Below the pieces are notes generated by a model. It made no database searches and was not told the origin of the DNA. It saw nothing but the letters and a program-made list of their open reading frames with translations. Shown here one piece after another: positions 12,275 through 25,611 of a stretch of 64,000 bases of DNA. The DNA is from Podarcis cretensis. Lineage: Eukaryota. The position numbers and the translations under genes were made by a program. Where the stretch lies: contig OX638155.1 in assembly GCA_951804945.1 (NCBI GenBank), positions 17,422,001-17,486,000 of the forward strand, given 5' to 3'. Numbering within the stretch: position 1 is the first letter of the stretch; every line of letters starts with the position of its first letter.

Positions 12275-15200
12275 ACTCTCATTTTCCTACTCATATTGAA
12301 ATACTGCCCCTCAATGAGGCCAAACTGAGATTCACAAAATGTTTAGGGGTATGCGTATCCCCCGGGGGAAAAAAGCACTGCATATGACTATGTAAAAACA
12401 GAAGCCCCTATCGGCAGTCTGAAGTGCCACCATCCAGAAAAAAGGTTTACCATTTATTTCTATTGTATCAACTAGTTCTAAGAGAAAGGAAAAGGTGAAG
12501 AGGGGAGATTGAGGAAACAGTGCTTAGAGCACCTTTCACCTCATGCATTTTGCTTTAAGGTAAGGGCTATTGTTACTCTTCTCAAAAGAAAACATTGGCT
12601 TCCATCAGAATTCCTTGAACGTTTTACCTGGGAAATGCACTTTCAAGATTTCATTTTAGGTCAGCCTGGGTGATAGACAAGGGGTGGGTTTATCAATATA
12701 TTTTAGACTCCTTTAGTATTCCTCTGATATTTCATGATATTTCACTCCCAAATTCAATTCCACATTCATTTCAGGAGAAATGTCTGTAGCAACTCTAACC
12801 CCGAGTGTTGTCCTCCTAACTGCACTGAACCATCCAATTTTGAAAGGAAGGAATTCATGGATCATGAACAGAATTCTGTTTTTGCTCTAGCAGCATAGGC
12901 CTATCTGACAATACCCTTGAAGAATTTACATACTTCTCTGTCTTGATGTTTAGTAAGTCATCAGTAAACATGGGCATTCTTGCATTTCAACAGGGCCCTT
13001 GTTCTTCCCCACCTAAATTATGCTTGAGCCACTGGGGTGTAGCAAAACAAAAAAAAGGCTCTTCCAAAGATATGTCCCTCACCGGTAAAATTTGTCCCCC
13101 GGTGCCTCGCCAATTTTTATTGTAATTAAAAATAGCGTAAGTGCCCTTGAACATAAAACGGATGTGTTTGTGAGCATTTTACCTAATTTTGATACAACAA
13201 TTGAAAGAAGCCATGCATGCAGAGGATCTAATGAGGTGAGGAAGCAATTACAGAGAAGTCAAGATGTTTCAGATCTGGCTCATGAATCATTACCTTCCGT
13301 ACAGAGTAACATAAACAAACTACCCAGAGAAATAGAGGAGAAGAATCATACGCATAGATACACATTTTCCTCCTCTAATAGTCAATGATGTAAGGGAGAG
13401 AATATATACAAAGTTCTTGATGCTCAATGTCTGTGTTCCTGTATTAATTCTTGACCCTTTTTGTTTCAGGTCAGTTAAGCATGGTAGCCTCTTTGCCTTT
13501 TATTTAGCAGAAAATCTGCCAGTTTTCAGGCATGCAAATAGGCCTGGCAGAAAATCAGGGTTTTGCACAATGTCTGCTTACATCACAAAAACACTGATGG
13601 CTCCCTAAAGCAGAAAAAACCCCAATAATAATTCCTTTGGTAGTTCTTAGGTTCAAAATGACTTTGAGAAGCTGTTTAACATTCGAAAAGGTACCTTTCC
13701 CTCCTCTCAGCTTATAGATGGCATCACTCTCACCCTCACTAGAAAAGTGATTCAGTAGCATATAAACATTTAGGGGGGGGGAGTCAGTCATTTTCCACTA
13801 ACTTTTGCTGTTACTTCCTATGGACTCTCTATAGAGCTGGGCATTTTGAAAAACGTCAGATACATAATCTCCCTGATCTTGGGCCATACATACACAGAAA
13901 AGGGCTTTAGTGCAATTTCATGTTAGTGGTGCTATGTGCATTTCGCCTAGTTTAAATGCTAGGTGTTGGATAATCGGTAGTATTCTTATTCATCAGTTGG
14001 GCGGTGAGAGGAACATGGATGGCTTAATCCCACCTTCAACTCTCCGTTCCTTACCTCAAACAGTTAACCGGTGCTGTTTTAATACGTATTTCCACCTTCT
14101 TACATACTGGAATTGCATATCTGGGAGACTTGCCGGGCAAAAGTTCATAGCCAGTTTTGCAATGCAGATCTCAATCATCAATGTTCATCACAAACATCAT
14201 TTACAACTTGTTTAATTGCATCTTGTACATTCAGTCACTACTTTGTTTTTCACAGATTGGGACTATTATGCAGAAAAGTGAATGCGTGGTTTAAGCCGTG
14301 GAAGCAGAAAATCACAAATACTGTATTTACAGCACCCCCTACAAGTAGTTACTCCCATGGGTTTGGGTATCAACCTAGAACCACAGTAGACCTCCAATTT
14401 CTATACTGGTTATCTAGTATGTAATGCTCTTGAATTCAAATCCAGGCAGGATCTGGGGGAGAAACCATGGAATACCAGTTGATTTTAAAATTTAATCAGA
14501 ATGCCCTCCAAAACCCACCTCCCCTAATACACCAATAAAGGGATGGATCCCAATCCAGTATGAAAATGCTCTGCCCATTTCGCATGACTTTGGAAGCTGC
14601 ATTGCAAATCAGGGCAAGTGGATAGCAAAACCATTCCCATCTTGCCAAATAAGAGTGTCTGGGCGCACGTGTTAAGGTTGTCTTGCATTTCCCATGTTCC
14701 AGTGCCATGAGTGGGCAGTATTTTCACCCCACTGCCTCAATACCAGAAGTGAGAGAAATATGCAGGGTGGTTTTATACAGTGGCCTTAGGTCATATGTAC
14801 TGAATAGGGCAAGGGCAAAAGAGTCAATTGGGTCTTTACATGCAGGCTGGAAGCAAATTGCTACTCCAGCTCCCATGACCAATTCCAGTCTAGTTTTTGC
14901 AGTATTTTTACAGCAAAATGTGGCCCCTAAATCCATTGGAAACCACTGTTTGTAACAAGCCACTGTTAACATCAATTCCCATCTCCACACTGAAATCCTG
15001 TTCATGACACTTCACAAGTTCCTCTGAGCTAAAACTGACTCAGTTCCCTGTTCCTACTATGTGCTGCTTAGAGCCTAGAAACTCACCTACAACCTTCTGG
15101 CTGCCCACTTATGGATCCAAGACCATTCCTTTGCAGAAATTATATTACTTTGTCTAGTCTCTATCACTTTTGTAAAGGCAGGTCACTTATCCGGACTCTG

Positions 15201-16182
15201 CTACATGTTATGCCTTCTTACAAAGCAATATTCTTGGGTTTCAGACAAGTTTTCTTTTTCATTACAAAACACAATCACCTCCTGATCAAAGAACATCCCC
15301 TTAGGGAGCAAGATGAGCATTATGCATTAATCTTCCATTATCAGTGCAACAGTTTGCAATCATCGAATACTGTAAATTGCAGCATCTTCAAACTCACTGC
15401 TACTAGATCACTGATGGAAAGTTTGGTAAACACCTTACATTCATTTCCTTCTGAGTAGCAGGTGGCTGAATGGAAGTCATTGTGAAAGCAGTTTTCTTAC
15501 TTTCAAGTCACTTATTTTTGCCAGATGGAAGCATCTCTCCAAAATCCTCTTCCAACACCAAACTAGAGCTTAGCTGATATGACTGTAGCCCAAGTTTTAT
15601 CTGCAGGATTTTTTTAATGCATATTTAAATGCATGCTTAAATATGTATTTATGTGTTTATATTTAAATACATATTTTGTCTCAATGTATGCATTTCTGAA
15701 TGGAAGATGCAAATTATGTTTATACACTTTAAAAATGCAGACCAAACAAAATTCTCCCTCAGTCCAAAGTCCTAAAGGAGCAGGGTAGGAATCTCTCATA
15801 AGGTTTTGCCTTGCACTTGCCAAACTGCAATTATGAGAGAAAGCCGCAACACTTACATGGGCTTAAATTAGTAATGCAGGTATATTGAGGAGCATGTTAG
15901 AAAAAGAAATAGATGTCTCAGGAGCCTTGGGTCCATCAGAAATGCAAGATAATAGAAGCGGCTTTGGAAGGCATGTGGTGCCTGCATAAAATTTTCTTTC
16001 TTATTTCCGTTTTAGCATCCTGAAGTAATGCAATAATTTCTGAAAGATGTTCCCATCTTTCTTAAGCAACTAATTTTATTATTTGAAATTCAGAACTGTA
16101 TTTTTTTTACTGGATAGACTTGCTGTCAATGACTGTCAGCAACTCCAAGGCTTAACCCAGAACCCTGTAATATGAAACTAAT

Positions 16183-16565
16183 GGTAAAGGGTAAAGGACC
16201 TCTGGATGGTTAAGTCCAGTCAAAGGTGACTATGGAGTTGCAGCACTCATCTCGCTTTCAGGCCGAGGGAGCCGGCGTTTGTCCACAGACAGCTTTCCTG
16301 GTCATGTGGCCAGCATGGCTAACCCGCTTCTGGCCCAACGCAACAACATGACAGAAACCAGAGCGCATGGAAATGCCGTTTACCTTCCCGCTGAAGCGGT
16401 ACCTATTTATCTACTTGCACTGGTGTGCTTTTGAACTGCTATGTTGGGAGGAGCTGGGACAGAGCAACAGGAGCTCACTCGGTCATGGGGATTTGAACCA
16501 CCGACCTTCTGATTGGCAAGCCCAACAGGCTCAGTGGTTTAGACCACAGCGCCACCCATGTCCCT
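16183..16565 (-). mobile_element. Sauria SINE (older, diverged)
   Basis: Same consensus as the other copies (GTACCTATTTATCTACTTGCAC core) with more CpG decay. Confidence 0.88.
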
Positions 16566-17757
16566 CTATCTAATAATCCACCATGAATTTTCTGTACTCA
16601 GGCCTCAGAGCCTAATGACAATGCAGAAGGGAACAGTGATTTGTTATATTGGTTCCTGAAATCAGCAAGCAATATGAACCTTCTAGATTGGCCAGGCCAG
16701 CTATAAAGTCTAGGAGCCTGGCCTTTTTATTTTTCCTGGTCAACAGAGGGATGTTTTTTGTTTTGTTTTTCCTGTTTGCTCCATATCATGTACCAGCTAA
16801 CTAAGCTCTGGGCTCAAGGACCATGAGCTAGAAACACTCAATGTTTAGTTTTGAGTGCTGTTGCTTATGGCCACAGCCTGACCCTCACAGCATTCATGCT
16901 CAAATGCTTTCAGTTTAAACTGCATTTTTACCTGCTTAGATCAGAAGTCGACAAAAGAGTTTAGGAGGTCTGGGGTCATCTCTGGGTCATTTGTAATAGA
17001 TCGGGGGGGGGGGTGTCCTGACTCCCAATATTTTAACAAGAACAAGTAAAATTGTAGATAACAAATTGTAGATAACAAATAAATATATCAATGCCATGGC
17101 TGGCCTTGTGCTAATCACTCATGAGCCTCTGCATTCCTCTCCCCTAAAATACAGACAGGTATTGGTTGCCATTGACCAGGTACAGCCCTGCTAACTAGTT
17201 TTAGAGTTTTGTGTTCACATCCCTGATTTGTAGTAATTCAGATGATTCTTACTCCTATCTGCAGGTTATTCCAATGCATGGCTTAAAGGATGCAGCAGAT
17301 AATTAGCTCCACCCGCTGAGACACCATTTTGCTCCTGGTTCTGGTTGGTGGACCTTGGAGAAGGGATGGAGAGATCTTCCCAAGTTCATCCCATTTCATT
17401 TTCACGTGCACTCAGAGGGCCCATTTCATCCCACTTTATGTGGATTTTTAAAAAGAGGGCATAAAAGGCTCAAATTTAAATTGTATGCATTATTATATGC
17501 ATTGCTGTACATATTTGTGTGCATTCCCTCAATATGCTTTCCCATAAGGTACACATTTTTACTGTAAAATACATATTCTTGTGCATACTTTTAGCGCACT
17601 GAACCTACATTGCAAAATTTGGAGAACTACATAAACCAATTCAGAGTTGCATTCTGGACTGCAAGCAAGTCTGGGTTGCTCTACCAGATAGGTAATAGAT
17701 GGACTTGTGGTAAGTATTTTTGCATTTAATACATTAACCTTGTACTAATAACTTTAA

Positions 17758-18121
17758 GGGATGCGGGTGGCGCTGTGGGTAAAACCTCAGCGCCTAGGAC
17801 TTGCCGATCATATGGTCGGCGGTTCAAATCCCCGCGGCGGGGTGAGCTCCCGTCTTTCGGTCCCAGCTCCTGCCCACCTAGCAGTTCGAAAGCACCCCTA
17901 AGTGCAAGTAGATAAATAGGTACCGCTTTATAGCGGGAAGGTAAACGGCGTTTCCGTGTGCTGCGCTGGTCCTGGCTCACCAGAGCAGCTTTGTCACGCT
18001 GGCCACGTGACCCGGAAGTGTCTCTGGACAGCGTTGGCCCCCAGCCTCTTAAGTGAGATGGGCGCACAACCCTAGAGTCGGACACGACTGGCCCGTATAG
18101 GCAGGGGTACCTTTACCTTTT
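17758..18121 (+). mobile_element. Sauria SINE
   Basis: GGTGGCGCTGTGG A box, GGTTCAAATCC B box, ACCTTT tail, TSD TAATAACTTTAA at 17746-17757 and 18122-18133. Confidence 0.92.
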
Positions 18122-18137
18122 TAATAACTTTAAAGTA

Positions 18138-18346
18138 CAGTGGACGCTCAGAATGTGATCTGTGCGGGATGCACGTTCATAACCCACAGCACTGCATCTG
18201 CGCACACATGGGTTGTGATTTGGCGCTTCTGTGCATGCGCAACCCCCGAAACCCGGAAATTACCCATTCCGGTACTTCCGGGTTTCGGCGGGCCCGTAAC
18301 CTGAAAAAAATGCAAACTGAAGTGTCTGTAACCCGAGGTATGACTG
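18138..18346. mobile_element. Tc1/mariner (Tigger-like) MITE
   Basis: TA|CAGTGG…GACTG|TA. Confidence 0.75.
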
Positions 18347-19528
18347 TATATCTGTAGGGAAGTTTTCTTCCACTCCAGGAAGAAAAATTCCTTAAGCTCA
18401 TGGAAGTATATTTAACAAAGAATGTCTGCAATCAATCATGGTCCAGAACCTAGTCACATGCGTGGATTCTCTCTCTCAGGCATATATATCCACAAAAAAA
18501 CTACAGCATGAGAATTACTATGATACAGCAATTATTAGCACATCATCCCAAAAGCAATTGAACCTGTTGCAGTTAAAGGTCTAGAATGTAGTATAACATT
18601 ATTTCCAAACATCTTTGATTTTAATGGATTATAAAATAGTTTATTTGCCACAACACTACAAAACATGCACACTGTCCACTGCTTCCAAGAAAATCATCTC
18701 ACTCTTTATAATGCAGTCCATCTTGTACACCAACAGAAATAGATGAGTTAAAGGCATTTTTTACTTTCTTCTGCCCCCTGCAAAAGCATCTAAAAAAACA
18801 TTATCCTCGTCCACTTCTTACCAAACCTCTTTCACTCCCTCCTAAAATTCATGTCAATGACTTGGGCATTACATTTTACCTCTCCTTCACATTATGCCCA
18901 CCCAAAAGACAGGCTGCTGCTGAAAAAAGGAGCCTAAATTAATTTCAGAGGTGATGTGAATCCACTGCTAGCTAACGCTGTATTTTCATTTCCCCACTTT
19001 CAAAGAAGGTTGACCTTTACAGATATGATGCGATAACAGCTTTCCATTACATTTAGCATGATTTAGATAAGAGGTCACTTTGCTGTCATGCCCAATCATC
19101 TAAACCATAATTTAGTATGAAATGCATGGACAATAAGGAGGGAGGTGAGGAAAGCTAACGTCAAGTGATAAAACGAATGTAGGTAATAAAGCTTCTAAAA
19201 TCTGACAATGGGTTATGTTGAGAGTGGTGGAATCATAAGGTCTCACACTTAAAATGTTAAAGGTAAATGTGAGGTGAGACATTTCTGATGTATTTCATCA
19301 GTACGGCTGCTCTTACAAGCGGGGGCGTTAACACTACAGTCCCTGCATCGTAGAAAATCAGGTGGGGCATCATACAATTGAACCCCACTTCCTGCAGTGT
19401 TGGGGAGAAAAATTCTAGCCTGGCTTTCTACTGCCTTGCTACTTTTCTACATGGTGGGTTTTTGCATGTGTTGGGGCCGCAAAGTCCAGTGACTCAGAAA
19501 TACAGGGATAATTTTAACTACACAACCA

Positions 19529-19529
<1 letters not shown>

Positions 19530-19586
<57 letters not shown>

Positions 19587-20127
19587 CTGCCCATCTGGCT
19601 GTGTTTCCCCAGCAACTCTGGGCGGCTTTCAACAGAGCATTAAAAACAAAATAAAACTTCAAACATTAAAAACTTCCCTAAACAGGGCTGCCTTCAGATG
19701 TCTTCTAAAAGTCAGATAGTTGTTTATTTCTTTGACATTTGATGTGAGGCCGTTCCACAGGGCAGGCGCCACTACCGAGAAGGCCCTCTGCCTGGTTCCC
19801 TGTAACATTGCTTCTCACAGTGAGAGAACCACCAGAAGGCCCTTGGAGCTTGACCTCAGTGTCTGGGTAGAATGATGGGGGCGGAGACACTCCTTCAGGT
19901 ATACTGGGCCGAGGCCATTTAGGGCAGGCATAGGCAAACTCAGCCCTCCAGATGTTTTGGGACTACAACTCCCATCATCCCTGACCACCGGTCCTGTTAG
20001 TTAGGGATGATGGGAGTTGTAGTCCCAAAACATCTGGAGGGCTGAGTTTGCCTATGCCTGTTTTAGGGCTTTAAAGGTCAGCACCAATACTTTGAATTGT
20101 GCCCAGAAATATACTGGGAGCCAATGT
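19530..20127 (-). mobile_element. L2-clade LINE 3' fragment with a (CTT)n tail on + strand; hosts a MITE
   Basis: Reverse complement of the 9473-9738 family; split at 19925-20060. Confidence 0.78.
19925..20060. mobile_element. hAT (Charlie/Buster-type) palindromic MITE
   Basis: TIR CAGGCATAGGCAAACTC; near-perfect hairpin; TSD ATTTAGGG/TTTTAGGG. Confidence 0.9.
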
Positions 20128-20867
20128 TTAGATCTGTCCTTGACAAGTAAGCTAGTGCTAGAGTTTGTTTTGCTTTTTCCAAGTTCTTATGAGGTTCAGA
20201 GACATGGTCGGAAGACAGCCCATTCAGATGTTTTGTTTAAACTTAGAAGGTCTGGATCTGGTCAGTGCGGGATGAGAGATTACCCAAGAACTCATGTGTC
20301 CCATCAGGGATGGAAAGACAAATATGTATGTAATAAACTAAATACATCCCTACCAGCCTCTCAACTATATAATCATGTCTGGAAAGTTAATTAGTTTAAC
20401 TCATTTTATTTACATCATTAGTTAGTTGCCCTTCATTCAAAGATCTAGGTGGGGGTAGCAGCAAAATTCAGCAAAATAGGGCAGCCATACATAAGACCAT
20501 AAAACACAACAAAGGAAAACTTCAGCAACAACTAAACATCTCAAAATCCTGGCTAAAAAGCTATGGTTTGAGCTTGACACACAAATGCCATTAAAGTAGT
20601 TGTCAGATGAATTTCAGGGGCAGGAAGTTCTAAAGGTGTGAAGCCACCACAAGAGAGGCCTGCCTGCACGCCACAACCTAATGTGTCGCTCCTAGTGGGC
20701 AGGACACTAGTCCCTAGATGTTCTACCAGGGACACCCTCTGTAGAATCCTGCAATTAGAATTAATCCACGTGGAAGTGACATTTCATCAGGCCTTCCCTG
20801 TGATGGAGCTCACTGCCTTGCCATCCCCCTACATGCATGTGTGCAGCCAAATCTCATGCTTCTACAA

Positions 20868-21003
20868 CAGGCATAGGCAAACTCGGCCCCCCAGGTGTTT
20901 TGTGACTACAACTCTCATCATCCCTAGCTAACAGGGCCAGCGGTCAGAGGTGATGGGAATTGTAGTCACAAAACACCTGGGGGGTCGAGTTTGCCTATGC
21001 CTG
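20868..21003. mobile_element. hAT palindromic MITE
   Basis: Same TIR; perfect TSD TTCTACAA. Confidence 0.92.
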
Positions 21004-23829
21004 TTCTACAACTATCACATCAATTTTTGACAAATATGAGATTCCTGGTCTAAGTCGTAGCATCACTGACCAACATAATAGCAAAAACCATAATATAAAG
21101 GAGAACAGTCAAAATCATGCCCATTTGCTAGCAGAAAACTAAGGAGTCATTCGTATTATGACAGTGCACACCATGTAAACCATTTAAACCAGAAAGTTGT
21201 ATAAACCACCAACTTGGTGCTTTATCTAACCCCACATTAACATTATATACTTCTCCTTGGCATTCCTGCCTACCTTTTTAACAACCACTTTGTCCATTAA
21301 GCAGTTATTGTGACCTTCTACATTACTGCACTATGACACTGAAAAGCAATTAGGTTGAGTCAAGGACTGGAGATGTTTGGTTACATTTATTAAGCAATTA
21401 GCAGTCTGGAGTGGCTCTGTTGCATTGTCAACTAGCGGTGAATACTCTAACTGTGAGTGTTACAAGGAGTGAGCCTTGCAATAAGCGCTCGGTATAATAC
21501 TGCCCAAGTAATAAACTGGAATGGCCACATTAGAGCTGGACAAATTAGTCCATTAATATATGTCCTGCTCTATATTTGCCAGCACTTTTCATGGCCCTAA
21601 GAAATAGTTGTTTACCAGCCTCAAACTGTAGTCGAGAGAATAGCATACCGACATAGCCTTGCTTGTTGCAATATTGCAGCAATTGTCAACAAGAATAAAG
21701 ACAGGGTGCTTTTTTACGTTGCTTAAAGCACCCAAACCTTATTTTAAGTGAAACATTCTTTCTTCTTCAGCTGACCATTTTACGGATGTCTCAGGTGTGC
21801 TTCTTTGCCCTTCCTGTCTTACTAGTGGTTGTTTCTTAAAGGGTAAATAAAAGTGATTTCTCAATCTACAACTGAAGAGGAACACGGCTGGAGCAAAATA
21901 ATCTCACAGCCTATTTCTTCTGAGTTACTTTTAGCTGTCACACTGCTATGAAATCTAGGACACCATATACATTTGCTTAGACCAGCTTTGAAAAAATAGC
22001 AAACCCTTTACTACTTAGAGTAGGCCTCTTCAAACTGTGAACTATCACACCCAAACCAGGGAATGTATGCTAGCTCACCATGTTTAGGAAAAGCCCTCAG
22101 GAAGGCATGGGGGAAAGGGAGATATCAAGTCCTTTGCAGACTTCCAAACATGGCTGGCAGGCTGTGAGCAGACTGATAGGTCACAAGCTAGACAAGCTCG
22201 TATTATGCAACAGCAACACATATTCTGGTACCACTTTTCCTAGCTATGAAGATAATGAACAGCACTCAGGCTGGAGCCTAAAGAGGTCATACTTCTTCCC
22301 TATCCATGTGTAGTCCTCTTTCTGTCCCTTAAAAAATCTTATTCAGTAGCTCTTCTGCAGCACTCAAAGGGAGTGATTGTTAAGTATAATTGTTCAATTG
22401 ACACTGAAATGGAAAGTGCCTGTACGTATATTGCTGAAAAGGTTTAACAATTGAAAATTCCATTGAAGCACACTGAAGCTCTCTAAGCTTCTGAGTTGAT
22501 AATTAACTGTTGGTGTTCTCTGCTAGTACTCATGTGAGTGTTTAACCTTGGATCATGTGATTAAGGTATTCAATTGCAAATCTCGATTTTTAAATGGAGT
22601 TGCCTTTGCCTTTAGTTCCCAGTGAGATAATGATATATATACAGGAGCTGTATAGCCTTAGGCTGGATGCAGGCTAATGCAAGCTATGGGAGAGACAGAC
22701 CTTTGATTTTTGCTCTTCTCATAATTATGTTATTCATTTAAAAATAGAAACCTATGCTTAGATAAGTGTATGGTTTATGGAATTATTTGGATGTATCACT
22801 GATTTTTTCTGTACCTGTTTTGAAGAAGTTCTGGTTAGTAAAGCTTTGAATCACAATTATGTGTCTGGACAATTTTTATTCCAAAAAGAGTGAGCTTTTA
22901 TGCATCCAATTGCGTCATGCTGCACAATATTGATATCTGCAATAGTGATGGTGCACAAGGATAGCCTAGGACAACCTGTGGTGGTCTACAACTCTTACAG
23001 TGATCCTTGCAATCAGGTCTTTAGAAGCCAAACTCATAACATTAGCCATAATTCAACTGGATCAACACTAACATAGTTTTCACTATTTCCCCACTTCGAA
23101 CAAATCCACCACACATTGGAGGATTATATCAGTATTAATGGCTTCAAGTTTTGTTGCCCATCTTGGCAGGGCTGATTTTTGAGAGAGACATCAACCAATG
23201 CAAAATGTGGTGGTGGGGACAGGGACTTGCAGGGATGTCCATAAGTTAATTGGCTGCTGCAGTTTAGAGCATTTTTCATACACGATGCCAAAAGTTGAGC
23301 ATCACCATTGACAGCATTGTGTGAATGCTGTCAATGTGGGAGAGAATTCCAAAGGAGAAACCAATTTACACTGCAGCCCATTTTTTAAAGTAGCTTGTGC
23401 ACACAATGAAAAGAATCTACATTGGCTGCAGTCTTTTGGGCAGGGGAAAAGAAACACATAATCCTGAAACACATAATGAAAGGGACCTAGGCAGGAGCAG
23501 CTGGCAGGGCAGGGGGGCCAAGCCACCCTTCCAACAGGGGTGTGGCTCTTGCATACTGGAACAACACAGAGTGGGGCATGGTGGCAATGAGAGCACTTTG
23601 GCAGAAGCACCAGTTTGGCTTTGTTGGTGTGCCCATTTAGTCTTGACTTCATCAACACCCTGTCCCCACATCAGTCCAAGGAGCAGCAGCACGGTCCAGA
23701 CCCCTACTCCTGAGCCCATGTTAAATGTCATTTCCCCCCTGTCCTGATAAAAGTCTAGAGTAAGTTACTGATCAGAGGGAAGCCTGTAGGCCAGAGATAG
23801 CAAGGGGTTGATGGAGAGTTGTGCTCCAA

Positions 23830-23865
<36 letters not shown>
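23830..23865. repeat. (ATCA)n microsatellite
   Basis: Direct reading. Confidence 0.95.
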
Positions 23866-24024
23866 TGGAGAGCACTGTGTTGGCTGTCCGTGCATGCAGT
23901 CTAAAAAGTTTCCAAGCCATTTAAGCCAGTTTAGACACACTAAGGTTAAGGCTCCTAAGCCAATTTAACACTGGTCTAAGTGCATCATGATTGAAAATAC
24001 CTGTGTGTGTTTTCTGCGTGCGCG

Positions 24025-24070
<46 letters not shown>

Positions 24071-24072
<2 letters not shown>

Positions 24073-24311
24073 GGTACCTTGGTTTACGAACTTAATTCAT
24101 TCCAGAAGTCCATTCTTAAACCAAAGTGTTCTTAAACCAAGGTGTGCTTTCCCATAGCAGCAGGGGACTCAATTTACAAATGGAACACACTCAACAGGAA
24201 ATGGAACGTGTTCTACTTCCAAGGCAAAGTTCACAACCAAAACACCTACTTCTGGGTTTGCAGTGTTCTTAATCCAAGTTGTTCATAAACTAAGCTGTTC
24301 TTAAACCAAGG

Positions 24312-24315
<4 letters not shown>
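24071..24315. mobile_element. Tigger-like MITE whose ends merge into microsatellites
   Basis: GTGGTACCTTGGTTTA…TAAACCAAGGTACC; internal TTCTTAAACCAA repeats. Confidence 0.78.
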
Positions 24316-24376
<61 letters not shown>

Positions 24377-25575
24377 AGTTATTTATAGATGAACACACAC
24401 CTGTTTATTTGTTCAACTCAGTTACATCTTTGTGATGAAGGTAAATCAGGGTCATCCAAAAAGCTATTTATTTACTATTGTGCACTGCTATTTTTTTATT
24501 ATCATTTCTGAATGCAACTGATGTGGTGGAAAATATCACTCACAAAACAAGGTACTTCAAGTTGACGTTTCCCTACATGTATAAGCACCTTAGCTATCAA
24601 GATGCTTTTCTTCTACTACTTTGTGCATCCTACTTATCTATAGCTTATATCTTTCTCATTTATCCTTATCTGTATCTCAGTCCATAGACTGCATTATATT
24701 TTCTGTCTGCCACATGCATTTCATAGCTCAGGTCCAAATAAAACCAGTTCATCACATATATGCTGCCTGCAGCAATTTTAGTTATTAAATACTTTGCCAG
24801 TGACATGCCAAACAAAATCAGAAACCCAATACAATTGGGGTACTCACAAGATTGTGATTTTTTTGTTTCAACCCAACAACAAAACCAAATTAGGAAGTGT
24901 TGACCTTATGGGCTGGCGGTCAGCTACTACAAGACGGCTATGATTTAAGCAGAAAGTATGCATCTGAAGAGTCACAAAACAAAAACATATTTTTTTCTAG
25001 TTGCTGATTTTTTATATCTGCTTTTGACATTTTCGTCATTTATGCATGAATGTGCAGTAGCTTTCATCCAATGTTTCAACACTGAATTTTACCTAAAGCA
25101 AAATCTTAGTATGAATATCGAAGCTCCTGCTCAAGCCGAGTGTCCAAGGAATTTAAGGGAAGCAAAAGGCATTTAGATAAGGACAGCCAAATAACATCAA
25201 TGCAGGTTTCTTGATCAAGCTGTGCTGCAGATATCACCTGACTCTCAGCAGCACTGAGGGTGTCCAGCTCGGAGTCAGGAGCTAGTGAAGAAACTGTTTA
25301 TAAAAGTTGTCAGCATGCAACCCAAGTTGCCACTGAAATTCACTCAAAGTGAAATTTCAAGGTGAATGCAAAAGTTCCTGCTTGGCAGACATCTGGGGAT
25401 TTTCAAAAGAAGGAGTCTAGCAATATGAATTTTCAAAGGAGGCAAAAATATTCTAGCAGTAGATATAGATATATGGATCTGATGGACAGTGATACAATAG
25501 CAAGCCTCCAATTATAAGAATGCACATTTCCCTTCTGCAAAAATTGTCACCCCCAAATTAGAGGGATAGATAGAA

Positions 25576-25611
<36 letters not shown>

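Larger units (their letters stand above)
10990..12380. mobile_element. hAT-type MITE (~138 bp when empty) hosting the HYPK retrocopy and a Bov-B fragment
   Basis: TIRs TAGTGCTTTTTT / AAAAAAGCACTG. 8-bp TSD CATATGAC at 10982-10989 and 12381-12388. MITE pieces are 10990-11001, 11568-11592 and 12280-12380. Confidence 0.85.

Noticed and set aside
17758-17835. tRNA-like A/B boxes (also 55847-55920)
   Set aside because: These are SINE heads continuous with SINE bodies and tails, not tRNA genes.
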